Of a DNA stretch of 64,000 bases, positions 36,440 through 50,935 are shown in pieces. Source of the DNA: Podarcis pityusensis (Eukaryota); NCBI GenBank assembly GCA_964106645.2, contig OZ067044.1. One strand, written 5' to 3'. Below the pieces are notes generated by a model, which was given only the letters and a program-made list of their open reading frames with translations, was not told the origin of the DNA and did not search any database. Positions within the stretch are counted from its first letter, which is position 1; every line of letters begins with the position of its first letter. A program made the translations under genes and the position numbers.

Positions 36440-39155
36440 AATGCTCAATTCTTTCTGCCTTCTGATTGCAGCCTCTGGGAGCTCACGACCAGGACTTGTA
36501 AACAGGGGCATTAGCGAGGGCATTTTGAGGGGGCATCCCAGAGTGCTGTCTCATGGTGTATGTAGGACCAAGAGATATGGGCGGCAAGGGAGCTGTTGCA
36601 GTGATTTGCAGTACCTGTGCCATGTTTGTCTTACTGCCTGAGAACACGCAAAACTACAACTGCAGCAAGTGCAAGTTGGTTGCTTTTCTGGCAGTGAAAG
36701 TACAGCAACTTGAGTTCCACCTATCCACACTTCGAGCTACTGGGCAAGATGAGGATTTTTTCAACAGAACAGAGTGGACTGTCCTGGAACAGGGATGCAG
36801 GTAGTGTGCTCCTAGAGTGGAGGATTGCACATTGCAGGAGATGAACTGCTGGAGGGATGTGATGCACAGGAACCATGCTGTGTTACTGGATTCCGTGCCC
36901 TCATATTGGGTACCAATTCTGGGCCAGAAGAGCAAGGACAGCAGTTGCAGATATCAGAATACAACAAGGTGACTCTGGAAGGTATGGTGTACAGAACGAT
37001 TCCTGCTGCTCCAGAGGGAGAAGAGATGTGTGGTGATGGTAGGGACAGAGACAGCAATGTGTGAAAGTAACAAGATGTCCTGGGAAGTGTGCTGACTTCC
37101 AGGTGCAACGATTCAAGATGTGACAAAGAATTTGTGAAGTCTTATAAAGCTTGCTGACCACAATCCCTTCCTTATAGATAGAAATGATACCGCTAAACAC
37201 AGCTTTCAACATATAGCAAGGGACTATGAAGCTGCACAGGTGGTTTTTAATCACTCCTTCATGTTGAAGGTTGTGTCCCAGTAAGAAAGGGGGGGGGAAT
37301 AAATCACTCGCTGTGCAGGTGATGTTGTCAGGAAATATTTGGCTTCTTGGACTCGTCTCTGCTTCCTTGAGGAAGGGCTTTTGGCAAGAGATGGCAAGAA
37401 TGTGTTTGGTAAGAGTCACATGAATCTGATCAGGAGAGCTTTAAACTATATATTGAGGTGGAAAGAGACAATATTACAGATGACAGGGAGCACCTGGTAT
37501 TCTGGATACTAGCTTCATTGATGCACAGGAAACTGAGGTGGTGCTCCAGAAACCTGCTAAAGGGTGGGAAAACTACAAAAAGGAAGCAGCTGAGGGAATG
37601 ACTTGTGGTTTCAGTTGTCGTTATCCTATTTACAGAGTATGAGGAACAAGCAAGAAGAATATGAGCTCTTAATACAGGATAGCAAATATGACCTAATAGG
37701 CATTACTGAAACATGGTGGGATGAGACTCATGACTGGAATGTAGCAATTGAGGATGTAACCTGTTCAAAAGGAATAGACCAGATAGGAAGGGAGGAGGAG
37801 TAGCCTTATCTGTAAAGGATGTGCACACTTGTGGAGAGATCCGTGAGCTGGAAAATGAAAGACAGATCTGAGTGTATATGGGTAAAAATTGTAGGCAAGG
37901 GAAACAACAGTGACCTTACTTGGGTGATCTGCTATAGTCCTCCAGGCCGGACTCAAGACTTAGATGATGCCTTCTTAGAGCAAATTACCAAACATTCCAA
38001 AAGGAAAGATTTAGTAATCACAGGAGACTTCAACTACCTTGATATCTGTTGGAACTAAAACTCTGCCATGAATGTAAGGGCCAACAAATTCATCAGTTTT
38101 TTCACTGACATTTTCATCTCCCAGAAGATGGATGAAGAAACAAGGGGGTCCTCACCAACAGGGAGGAACTGATTGACAAAGGGGAAATACTGGGAACCTT
38201 GAGAGGAAACGATCATGTCCTCTTGGGTTTCATTATACACAGACAAGGGAAAGCATGCAATCGGACACACACTCTGGACTTGAATGCTGATTTCAAAAAG
38301 CTGGAGGAACTGCTGGTTGAGAGCCATGGTCAGAAATACTCAAAAAGACAAAGTCTTCCATGATATTCTTGCTGACAAGCTGGTAAAATGAGGGCTAGAC
38401 TCAGGTGGATTTGTAGCTGGTTGACCAACAGAACCCAAAGAGAGCTCACTAATAGTTCCTTCACATACTGGGGAAAAGTGAGATGCCACAGGGTTCTGTC
38501 GGGCCTGTGTAAATGACTTGGATGAAGGTATTGAGGGTCTAGAAGTCAAGCCTTATGAGGAACAATTGAGGTAGGAGGGTAGAGATATGATAGCCATTTT
38601 AAATATCTAAAGGTCTGTCACATGGAAGATGGGGCAAGCTTTAAACTACCCTCATGCTATGAAGGTTGGAACCTGAACCAGTGCCTTCAAGTTACAAGAA
38701 AGGAGATTCTGACTAAATATCAGGAAAAACTTCCTGATGTTAAGAGCTTTTCGACAATGGAATGAACTTCCTTGGGAGGTGGTGGACTCGTCTTCCTTGG
38801 AGGTTTTTAAGCAGAGGTTGGATGAGTATCTATTATGGATAGTTAAGATTCCTGTACAGTGGTATCTCTGGTTATGAACACTTCAGGTTACAAGCTCCGC
38901 TAACCCGGAAGTAGCTGCTCCTGGTTGCGAACTTTGCCCCAGGATGTGAACGGAAATTGCACGCCAGGGATGCGCGCGCAGCAGGAGGTCCCATTAGCGG
39001 AAGCACGCCTCAGGATAAAAACGGTTTCAGCTTAAGAATGGACCTCCGGAACGAATTAAGTTCGTAACCAGAGGTACCACTGTATTGCAGGAAGTTGGCC
39101 TAGATGAACCTCATGGTCCCTTCCAATTTTACATATCTATCATTGTGTGATTCTC
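36440..39155 (+). mobile_element. CR1 LINE retaining 5' region, ORF1 and endonuclease, with the RT largely deleted; MITE inserted in the 3' UTR
   Basis: ORF1 zinc finger/leucine zipper (VICSTCAMF...YNCSKCKLVAFLAVKVQQLEFHLSTLR), esterase motif (VC*LPGATIQDVT, about 37088), APE endonuclease (SMRNKQEE..LL...YDLIGITETWWDETHDW; ECIWVKI; CYSPPG; GDFNY.DICW), RT remnants and a typical CR1 3' UTR. Confidence 0.9.
38857..39082. mobile_element. Tc1/mariner MITE (CAGTGGTA end) nested in the CR1 3' UTR
   Basis: TA|cagtggtatctctggtta ... taaccagaggtaccactg|TA; splits gattcctg-TA-ttgcagg. Confidence 0.88.
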
Positions 39156-39899
39156 TATCAATTTTATACTGAATATGAAATATAGCTTCATATTGATAGC
39201 TTGAAAAGTTTTAAGTACTTGCTGCTTTTGAATGTTAGAATTCATGGGGGAATATATGAATGAGGCAAAATCATCCTTATAAGTTGGTCCACAGATATTC
39301 ATACAACCCAAAAATATAGGAGAATTTTGTAGACTTAGCTTTTTGGACCTGCAAAATAAGTAAAATTTAAATTTTCACTTTAAATATCTAAGACAGATAA
39401 TGATAGTAAATCCCAATTTATAGAATAGCTAGGGAATATGAGATAATGAACTCTTTTAATAGATGACTCTTTTAAAATTTTCTTTATATCATCTTTTGGG
39501 AGCTGCTTGCATTAACTGGTAATTTTACTCAGTTTTGTAATGAATAGTTAAACATGGATATTTTAACCTACAACGCTCAGATGGAAACTGTTTTAATAGC
39601 TTTATATTCCCTAGCAAACATAGGGATTGGGAATAATACATTGCTTATTGCAAATGTATGTATCTCATCTAAGTCCTGTTCAAGGATGTGAAATCATGCT
39701 TTTTCAATAAAGCTAGAGGAAAGATTAAGACAATCAGACAGTATGAATGTATAATAATTCACATGCACATTGCTCAGTTTAGCTAAGTTTGGCTATAATA
39801 GTTTGGCATGAGAAAAGAGTTCTGTGCGCCTTGGCTCACGTGATCATCCACCCTATGTCAATGGAATGGTATTCGTTTTATTTATCTAAATAAACCTTA

Positions 39900-40330
39900 C
39901 ATAACGGTCTCAGATGGGTCTGTGTTACAACACCTGATAATAGCTTTAGTATAAGTATAAAGAATTGTGTGTGTTTTATTATGTATGTTTAGTGTGGTGT
40001 TGTCTGTTGGTGTGTGGGGGGGGAGACTACTCCAATGCCTTGGCTTTGATGTAATAATGTGTACTGTTTTGGCAGCAGTCCAGATATTTGGTAATTTGGG
40101 GCAATTCCAAAGCATATGTTAGATCATTCTGTCATCTATGTATTAGATCCGAATCTTGCAAATGATAGAGTTTACTTTAAACTTTTCCAGCTGGTGTTTT
40201 AGAGGTGTAGCTCAACTTCTTAATTGAAGCATGTACCTGAGCTTATTAATATTTTACATAGCTTTCATTCTTTTGGACGGAAAAAAAATTGGCTCCACAT
40301 AGACTGCTTTGATATTCATTTCCTTTATAG
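39900..40330 (-). mobile_element. L1/Tx1-clade LINE ORF2 C-terminal fragment
   Basis: The minus strand reads H-M-L-W-N-C-P-K-L-P-N-I-W (ORF 39897-40115 preceded by CAT), the end of the L1-type C-terminal zinc knuckle. Confidence 0.5.
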
Positions 40331-43300
40331 TAATGCAGTTTCCTCTCTATTTCTACTTTGGGTGTCAAATCTGGCAGAAGTGTGAGGCTTTGATCACAGT
40401 TCCTTTCTTTTACAAACTGAAACCATTCAATATGAGTATGTTCTTTGTCTGCATGTATTCTTGATGCGCTCTGTTATGTTCTGATTTTATTATGCTGAAT
40501 TATGCCTTTATTTTGTTTTTGTTTTCTGTGTTTTATATATAATGGTATGTTGTTTGGAGATTAGTTTGTTTGACATGGATGTGACACTTAAAATCCTTCA
40601 ATGGTACTAGTTTGAATGCTGCACCTCTTCCTCCAATCATAATTGCAAAAAGTTAAGGATTTTTATGCCTCACTGTAAACTTAATACAGTTAAAAGAAAC
40701 TTTCTTAAATCCCAGCTCTTTCAAACCACTTGAGCCATCATTCAATCAATAAGGAGCATGAATCCATTATATCAGACATGCACTTAAGATATTGCACTGG
40801 CATACTTCAATGTGCTGCTATACTGCTTACATACCTGAATAACATAGGTGTGGCCAGTAGTTGTTGCTCCTTCCCATATTTCCAGCACCTGGTGAAGATC
40901 GGGGTGATGGTCGTGTAAGAAGCACCTGTTCAGTTGACCTTACTCACGTACCCACAAAGAAAACTCATGAGATGAGAAATGGAATGGTGGTTACATTTAT
41001 TAAAATAGAACAACTTGAATGCCCCCATGTGAGAAACAGTTGGAATAGAGTATTTTCCATTATATCCACATTTACAATCCAACCTATTTCTCAAAATCCT
41101 TCCTTAGTCCTACTATCTTTAGATATAGGCTTGGGCTCCACCTTGCACCACAGAGAACTAATAGACTTCTTACTGACTGCAGTACGATTGATGAAAGCTC
41201 AACAATAGAAGAACCAGTCTAAAATGCCCCTGAACATGTGGGGAGAAATATCTGGGATACAGCAATGTCTGGGTGTCTCACTGGACACAGGAGGGTGATT
41301 AAAGGCATAACATCTTTTTAAAAAGGTTGTGTTGCCATCTTTAAAAATGGCATGACACACCTGCTCGCTCTCTCTCAACCCGAGCAATTTCGCACCTGAT
41401 TTCAGTTGATTTCCTTGTTTACCAGTGCTCAGTTTTATCACAACCCTTAATTAAATGTAGCATATGGGAGTGGCATAAGGAAGTGGGAGAACCAAAGGAA
41501 GGGTGAATAGACTGGTTGCTGCTGTTCTCCAATGCACTATCCTTTGCTTGATTTACTGTTACCCTATCTGAATTAGGTAGTCATATATTGTTGTATTATG
41601 TTGGGGTATAATGTTTCCTCTTGTAGCTATAACCCCCTTGTATGGAGGCTTCCACAGGAAGTAACAGAACTGTGCTCTTGCCCTTCTACACACAGTGTGT
41701 GCACACCAAAGCCTGCATAGTTAGCACCAGGTTGTTACAGATAAATAGTCAATGAAATAAGTGGTACCTATATTTCCTAGATATGGCAACCATAGGGTTT
41801 TTCCAGAGTTCATTCTTGATATATTTTCTGTGGTTTAGCACAAGGGATGTAATTTCACTGATCCATCCATTAAAAAATACATATTTTTAGTTTTATTGAA
41901 CTAGCTTTTCTTTCATATTCTAAAATTCCCAGACACAAAATAATAGCAAAATATAAGCTGTGGAGATTTCCTTGATTTCAAAAGTTATCTCATTCTTCCT
42001 ATCTGAGACAAATTATATTTTGTTGTCGAGGTGAAATATTGAGTAAGAACCATGAGTCCTTTAATGAGCTTACTATTACAGTGTGATTTTTAATTGAGGT
42101 GGGTACAGTCAAGAGTGTTCAAGAAAGATGCAGTGTCCAGGACTGCTAATTTCCCTTGAAACATTCAGAGAAAATAAACAAGACTCTTCCTTACAACACA
42201 ATTTATAACTGTGTGAAAATGACCTATCTGTCTTCCACCGGGGCATATGCAATATGTTTGTGAGGTTTATTATAAAGGAAAACAGATGGTGGTATTTAAG
42301 TGAAGAAGAAAGTGTTTGGATGAATGTTGAAAAAATTAATGATTAATGTTTGCTTCCCAGATGAGTCGTTTCTCATATCTCACATTAAGAGTATTAATGT
42401 GCGAGTATAGTTCAACTAGCCATTCCTGTTCCTTTTCTTAGTCATAGCTCTTAGTAGTATTTTATTTTATTTTTTAGCATAAAGCAGTATATAGCAGTGA
42501 AACCACCAACCTCTTTTGGCCAGTTGGCATACTTGCAAACTGGGGAAACTGTTGTGCGTAGCACACACATTACAAACATGCATCCACCACACACACCTCT
42601 TGACATGTATGCACACACTATCCACCTCCACCAGGACTTAGGCTTGGGAAAAGTTTTTTTTTTTTTTTTTTTTTTAAGCCTGACAAGTGGGGATAGCCTT
42701 CCTGAAGAGTGCAGTATACCAGTTAAACCAAACACTAGCATGGTTGGGAAACCTTTTCTGATCACATCAACACTATAATTTGTGAAAATGTTATTCTTAT
42801 AATTTATTAATTAACACTTGCTGGTATTGTGAACCAGTTATTGTGAACCAAAGAATTTTTGAACCGAAGTTCTAGATTAAATTTATAGAATAACAAGATA
42901 GAAACTGAAGACAAAACCAGTTATTGGGAGTTGCATACGGGTAGGGTGACTTTATATGCTAGCAAGGCATTGGATGTTCCATCTACATTTAAGTAGAAAA
43001 AGAAAGTGTGATTCATTGTAGAAAATGTGTAAACTAATTTCACCTCAGGGTTACACAAACCAATTGTTGAACTTTCTTGAGTATTTGAACTAGCATGTGT
43101 AATGGCTATAGGTGGAGTATTATAGTGCATTGGTACCATACTAAAAGCAGCAAATAACTCAACACTGAGTGTGAACTTAGTTTCTGATGTTGATTATAGA
43201 TCCTTCTGACAAACTACATGATTGCAGTGCATAGACGGCAGACATTGACACATATGTGTCAAGCACATCTCCATCATAATAAGAAAATAATCCTTTTCTG

Positions 43301-43720
43301 CCAGATCCCAAGTTCCCTCCTGCCCCCATTCCCTCACTGTGGATGTGTGGCTCATACAGTGACTATCTGCATTCTGGGGATTGCAGGGATTTAACACCCG
43401 TAAATTCCTACTCTGGTTACTGGAGTGGGCCTGTCCATATGATAGAAATGAGTTTTAAGAATTCCAGGATAATAAGCTGCCTTATAAAAGCAAAGGCATA
43501 TGATATGCTGATATCGTTCATATCTGACGCTAGCAACCACTGACTTATTTGTAATTAAAATTAATGATATTTTGGAAACAAGTTTATGCTGGGTTCATGG
43601 GGGGGAACTTGTTCTATTGTGATGTTCAAGGTAGTAACAGATTTGCAAGCAGGAATTAAAATGAAAATGCAGGAGTCAAAGAATGCATTCAAGTTATTTT
43701 ATTTCTTTTCTTTTTAACAG

Positions 43721-43843
43721 GTGGCTGTTCATTCGATGAACCTTTTGCATCATGTGGATATAGTCAGTCTGATGATGATGACCTTAACTGGGATCAAGTG
43801 AACACATTGGTAAAGCCCTCATCAGATCCATGGTTGCCAACAG
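43721..43843 (+). CDS. PTPRM: Internal coding exon (exon 2) of receptor-type tyrosine-protein phosphatase mu; N-terminal part of the MAM domain
   Basis: Polypyrimidine tract plus acceptor (ttttctttttaacag|G) at 43720 and donor (CAG|gtagtt) at 43843. The exon is 123 bp, phase 1-1, with no stops. It translates to (G)GCSFDEPFASCGYSQSDDDDLNWDQVNTLVKPSSDPWLPT(G), matching my recollection of PTPRM exon 2 (GGCLFDEPYSTCGYSQSEGDDFNWEQVNTLTKPTSDPWMPSG) better than PTPRK/T/U. It is absent from the ORF track because it is short. Confidence 0.93.
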
Positions 43844-46800
43844 GTAGTTTTCAGTTAAAATTATTTCTTTTATATATTGTATGTTTTATCACTTGCAGTA
43901 TCTCTTTATACTATTGCTTATGAAACATGTGTGGCACATCAAATATGGCAAAGATAGGGAGATAAAGCACTGGTGGTGATATTTCGTTACCACATCCTGT
44001 CAGCAAAAGAATTTCCGCTTGTTCTCCTCTCCCTGCCTGTGTCTTTTGTACCCTCTCCAAATCCAGAAGGTTAGGAGAACCCTTGAATCCTTAGATGGTG
44101 TACAAGGAAGAACATTCCATTGTGCAAGCCTAAAGTATTCAGCTAATGGAAGGTTCACTTAGTGCTACGTTGAATTCTACCCCAAGTCTTCTTTTTAAAG
44201 ATAACTTTCTAAAGATCAGGCAGAGCACTTTACATTCACATTGGCAGATAAAGCTGCTAGTGTGTGGAGGCCACTTCTTTCAGCATACTGGTTGCTCTGG
44301 CCCATGGGTTAACCATGACATAGGGCAGGGTTGGCTACCCCAGCTACTTCCCTGTCTGCTTACCTTTTCATATCTTAATGTGGTTGTGAATTCTAAATAT
44401 TGTCTGATATTTTATGGCAGCTCCCTACTAGTGTCACCTTCTGGTTTTGATGTTGCAACCAAACCTTAGCTTGTCAGCCCTTGAAGTCTCTTGTTGGGGT
44501 TACAAAAGGGTATCCATTTTGCTACTAATGGGATGTTTTCAGGCACACTGAAAAACAAATAGCTTTCTCTTCAGTCCAAAATAGAAATGTTTTCTTTCCC
44601 TTAACTCTTTAAGATTTGTAAAAGTTGAAAAGATATAATTACAACAGGTTGATGTCTAGATACTTATTTATGTGTAGGCAAAGCAGAGTGGAATAGATAA
44701 GAATGCAGACACAATTCTCTTTCAAAATCACATAAGGTTTGTTGGAGTGAGTATGTGGTCTTAATTGCACATATCTGACAACTACTTTGTAAAACAAGAC
44801 AATGAGTAAGAACATCAAATAGCATTTAGAAGTGGTTGAAAGAAGAGCACATTATATCTTTCAGTTGTTCAGAACTATCACCTTATTCCTTGCTGCTCAC
44901 AAAAAATATATAAAGAAGCACCACAGTTCAAATTAGGTGTGTGGATCAACTATAAAGTTTGAGATCCTTTGAAAAAATAATTATTTGAACTGAAGCAGTT
45001 CAAAGGCTATCTGGTTCAGCTTGGGGTCCAAATTTTGATTCAGAAAAATGAAAACTAAAAAATGCTAGCTTTTTTCTTTTCAACAGAAATGAATTAAATT
45101 TCCGTCTGAGTGGATAAAGTTTTCCAAATCAGAGACAAACTTGTTCAGGGTTTTTGTTTTGGACACATTTAAAATTTTATCCTCCCTTCCCCAAAAAGAG
45201 CCATCTATAACTTTATTATTTTTTAGGCAGAAACTTCAGCCTTGTGTTCTACTCAGTTGGCATCAGAATCCACAGGAAGTAAATGATGAGTGGATAGGAG
45301 TAGTGACACAAAGATAAAAGAACTTGAATATCCAGCTTTTCCCAAGCAAACACCACCTGTATAGAGCAAGTAGAGAGGAGAGAATAGAACAGACAAGAAG
45401 AAGGTGATTACTTTAGCATCACTTCCCCAAAAGTGTGTGATTGGAGACCCCGATAAAATAAATATTTCTCATTAGAAGCTAGACCTGTCCTATACAAAAG
45501 AGATTTCCTCCACACCTGTCCTCACTGTGGTTATATAGCAATCTTGGAAGGAAATGTTTCAGTTTTTGCAGACAAATCGCAGCATCTTTTTAATTAAAAA
45601 AATCCAACTCTTTTATGGTTTGAGGTGCTTTGATGGTCTCTGCTTTGGTTCAGGGTGCTTTGGGCATCCTGCCTTGATTCAAACAAGCCCATAATCTGTC
45701 TTAAGCTGTCCCACTTTGGTTCTGGATCTGTCTAAATATTTAGCATACCCCTAGCTCAAACACAACATACTTGCTTTGATTGACATCTCTTTTCCAGAAA
45801 TAAAAGTGACTGTATTATAGTGGCTAAGAGATGGCAACTTTAATCAAGTTGTATCATTAACATTTCACCTCTTGGAGAATCTACTTTGGAGAAGAGCTCC
45901 AAAACAATGATAATAATAAGGCTTCAGACAGCTGTGCAGGCCCCAAACTAGGCTACAGGACACAACTTAGAGAAACTCCTGACCCGTAGCAACAAACAAG
46001 CTTTGTAATATCTGGACCTGTCTGGCCAAGTTTGCTGTCTGGCCAAGTTTGAAGAAGCATAGAAGTAGATCCCTGGTGGATCAGATAATATTTTATTTTA
46101 AACTATATTACCAGAGTTGGCAACTGGTCAACCAGATCTGTGCTGTTTTGCCCTCAACCCCAAAAACTAATATTCAGATGAATCCTGTATCTCAATCTTC
46201 AGTTTCTATTTAGCTAACACAATTAATACTGGTGGATATACTCCTGAGACCCTGTTAAAGATTATGCAACTAACATTTATATCTAATGTCCTCATTTCAG
46301 CTAAATGTAGCTCCCCTCCAAAAAAAAAACACCCCACACAGCAATAACAAAAGCAAAAAGTAAATTAAAAAGATGGTTTGTCTCAGCAAAATTAATCCAT
46401 ACATATGAACCTTTGTAATGTGGCACATATTAAGTGACAAAGGTATCAATTGAAAACCAGGTAAATTAATTTAGCAAATGGATAAATGATTTAATTTGCT
46501 GCATTCTGTGTGAAGAATCTATATTGTCATATAGAGATGCTTGAGGAATGCATTCTTTGCCAATTCCCGTATGAACTGTATTGATCTGTACTTTTTGGAA
46601 TCATGTGCAAATCAAAGCTTAGCTATTTAACGTATGTTGCACCATTCTGAATTTTTCAGCACTTTTTTTTTTTTACAATTTAGTTACAAGTTAGTTTCCT
46701 TGCAGTTCAGTATTAACTCTTAGTTCCCCCTCCCACGTGTATTTAACTGCTTCTCTACTTTCCAACATCATTAGTTATTCACAGTTCTTATAATGATGTT

Positions 46801-49800
46801 ATCAGCTATGGCCTTTCTGAAGCATACCGAAACCATATTTTCCTTCTCTAGGATATGAGGCATCAGTTACAGGAACATGTACTTATTTCATAAAATACTT
46901 TACAAGTTTTTTATAATCTCATGATCAGCATACTGGGTACTCTGCACGCAGGATAGGTTGCATTGGAACACTGGGCAGGACTTGATAAGAATTACTAATG
47001 ATCAGGAAGTGGGGTTGGGATAAGTCTGCATTACTTGTCATGAAACAGGACTAAGTATTGAAAATATTAAGGACTATTTTCCTGGTGAACCCTTTTGTGT
47101 GAATGGACTTCCCCAAACTTCCCCACTTTGTGTTATAGGAATTAGGTTGAAAGTTTCTTAGATTTTCCAGGTCCAGTTCCCTCAACTGCCGCTTTCTTTT
47201 GCTTCCAACTTGAAGCTAAAGTCACAGTGAGAAGCAAACTATGGAAGAGCTCCGAATTTCAAAAATCAGAATGTGTTTTAACTCTTTGGTTTAAAAAAAG
47301 GTTGATTATAATTCTATATATGTTCTCTATTTTGTGAAGGCAGAATAAATTAGAAATTGCTGTCACTGAAGGGACAGATAGAATTTAATTTCCCCCCTGT
47401 GCCAAGCATCACATTTATGTCAGAGAAGGTAGCTAATGTTCCAATCTGCAGAAGAAGGTCGTGGCCTTGTGAGAATAATAATGCTTCCATCCTAGCCCTC
47501 AAGGATCTGTGCCCCACCCCTCTGCAAGCTGCATGACTGAAGGATAACAAGGCAAGAAGCTGTGTAGGTACAGCAACCCAAAATTAATGAAGTATCCCAG
47601 GACAGTGGAATGACAGAAGAGCTGCCTTTTTGCCCCTTAAAGGCACCAGAAAGCATAGCAGGGAAGAGAAGACTGGAATGCAAGCACCATTCTTGAATGG
47701 GAAAAAACCCCTGAAGTTTCATGTTGCTCATCAACACGCCCTGTCCATATATTGCGGAAAAACAAATGTATTATGCTAATAATATATGCAAACTAAGATT
47801 CACTAGCAGCCTCCAGAGAGGCTCCAGTTGACGAAATGTGTGCATCCTTTGAAATCGACTGGTCTCAGGTACTTGCAGAAACACTCTTCAAATTATATCT
47901 CCATACGTGGGGGTTGTGAATTCTCAAGTATCAAAGGGTTTTGCTAGAAGACTGTAGTGGTATCTGGTTTGCTCTATTTGCAGAGCATCTGGGGTTACTG
48001 CACTGAACTATTGAACCTGATGGTACAAGTAAAATTATAGAATTCCTTCAGTTTATTTCTGACAGCTCATCTATGTAGAGATAATTGTTTTCCTAACTTT
48101 AGCTTCCTTGATAATTCAAGAAAAAAATAGGCAAATATGATTTTGACAGTATTAGATTCGTCATGCAAGAAACAGCCATTATTACTTTAAAGCTTGCTCA
48201 CAATTTTGTGACAACTGGGTTCCGTAAGTTGAGGGCTCATTGTATTTTAGTAAATGATCTGTCAAATCCCCAAAAGGTGTTTAGTCTTTTATTCAGATGG
48301 CTAAGTAATATTAAAACATACCATCTTGTTTGCTGTTAATATGATGGAACAGCTGAAGACAAGCTTTAAGAAAGTTCAGTTATTAATATTTATGGCTGTA
48401 TGAATGCTCATCCAAGAAAATGCAGACTAATAATTGGGTGTAACTGCAAGAGGTTTTAAAAACTTCTGCTGAGCCACAGCTTTTTTAAGCAAGCTGTTTG
48501 GACTCCCCCCAATGAATAAATGAAGTGATTCAATTATTTAAAAGTTTATTCAAATGCTAGTGTACATAGTGATGGTTAAGAGAATGAGCTGAGAGCCACG
48601 GAGTCCCCAGTTTCACCTCATCTCACCCACGAACTTAGTTTTGCTCTTCTCCATCATCCCATTCTGCCGCACTGCCCCAAGTTCTCAGTAGTTGCTTGTT
48701 ATTTTCATCTCTGGCCTTGTTCTGCTCTCCTGCCCCTCCTCAGTTCATGCAGTTGACTGGCTTATCACACCAGCAGTATCCCAGGAGATTGGAGCTGTTG
48801 CTTATGCTTTCGGATGCTTTAGCGGGTAGTGTGTGTACAGCAGATATATCAGATGTGTGTTCTTTACAGTGCTTGGGAATTTCTGTTTAAAAAGGAGGCA
48901 GTTCGATTCAAGTTTATCAAAATGAACTTTTTAGTTTATAAAAAAAATCAACTTTGGCATTTCCCCCTAGCATTCAGAATGTGGGGAGTCCCAAAATAAG
49001 TTATACGTTGCACACAGGTTATCAGATGTTTGACAGAATGTCAACTGGTGAAACTTTCCCATAATTGTATTTCCATACTAAAAAGGCTTGGCTTGTTTAA
49101 TTTGTGCCAGACACATAGCTGTTAAAGGCACAAGGCATCATTTGTTTTGTTTCTGTTCCTTTACTTCTTGCTGCAAGTTGCTCCTGTTAGAAGAGACCAA
49201 ATCTTTTCAGAAGCAAAGATTTTTAAAAGTTTCATGTTTATTCCTTCTGATTGTTTAGTCATAGTTTTTAAGGGCCAAGCATCCTTCGCAACAGCAGCAC
49301 CTCTTAATCTGCCTAATAAGCCTTAGACCATTGCCTTCATGTTTACAGTCTAGCTTCCTTTCTAGATGTCCAGTTGACTACTTCATTCTGAGCACTGATT
49401 CTTCTGGATCTTATGTATTACTACTAGCTTGCTATGACTGGCTGTAAAGCTGGTCTGAATGCCACCTCCCATTATGACCGGGGCAGTAATTTTGGACTCC
49501 TACTGACTTCAGTGGTGAAACACAACTTTTATATGTGGAACATTATACCAGTGTTTGGAGTGGGACTGATCTTTCATTGAATATAGGTTTTAATCATATT
49601 CCTTTGCATAAATCAGTTATGATAGTGTATCTCCGCATCCTGCTGGTGCAACGAGTTTATTTGGAGTCCTGTCCTGATCCAGTGAATGTAATTCAATGAT
49701 AGGACTGTGCCTACAAACTTTTTGCAATGGTCTTAACTAAATGCAACCAGTACCGCTGTAGAGAGAGTTTTGCCCCTCTTCTGCTGTTAACCCTTGTCTA

Positions 49801-50935
49801 TAACGAGGATGTTATGCAAGGCATTTTAGTTGTAGCATAATAATTTAAAGTATAATTACCATTTTTTCTTTTGTTCGATGCATTCCTTTGTGTGGCATTT
49901 CAAAAGTGTAGATGTTCTCAAAGGCACTGAAAAATCTCATTGTTGCTTGTAAGATATCTAAGTGAAAGCATCTTGATGTAATCTTATTGGAGACATACAC
50001 AAAGCAATTCATTAGTGTGAAGTATTATACTACATTTAACAGCTTTGATCAGAAGTCTTTGAATGTTGCATAATGGGTGTAAAGTTGGGGCTAGCATAGT
50101 TGAAATTTAACTACAAGCTTATTTTAATATGTCCTTGGCCACAATTCACATTTAATATAAATTGCAAAGGCATTATCCAACCACCACTGATTCACTGGAC
50201 TTCTGTAGATGCTGGGGAAATGGTGATCACTGCCTGCAGTCTGATGACCACCTGAAAGCTGCCATCACTGGGTTGGCATGGAGAGACTTTCTGCACAGTT
50301 TCTAATGTGGGGAACACTTCCATGTGTTTATGTTAAAACATTTAAAGCAGCTTTCATATGTTAAATCCCCCATAAGGAGCTCTACCATGCAAAGGAGATT
50401 TGGGGCAGTTTCCTCATGGGGCTTCTAATTTTTCAGTTGGCTCTTATTAGTTAAAATAGTCATATCTCACCCTTCTAGTGTAAAACTCAGGGGAGTCTTT
50501 AACACATATAACATTAACTGCAAAACAAAAACAAAAAACCCCTGGGTCAGCAGTTGAAGATGCATAAAAACATTGCCGCCTTCAAAAAATAAAAGCTGTC
50601 TGGTATTAAAAGTTTTTCAGTAACGTGTGAAAAATAGTGAGGGAAGGGGTCAGCCACACTTCATAGGGAAAGCTGTTTCATAATCTGAGCCCTTAAATCA
50701 AGCTGTTGATTAAAATGCTAGAAAACTATTATTAGGTTTTGCTACCCCACCCCACTGCTTTTACTGGTAGACCTTGAAAACCCATTTCTGCATGCATTAC
50801 TAACATAGTCTCTAAGGGAATGCAATAAAATTTAATATGGCCATCATAATGTGGATTGAACACATGATTATTGCCTGTAGTTTGCATGAAAATGCAATAG
50901 AATATGTGGTGGCTGTGAGTGATAGTGGGGATTTA

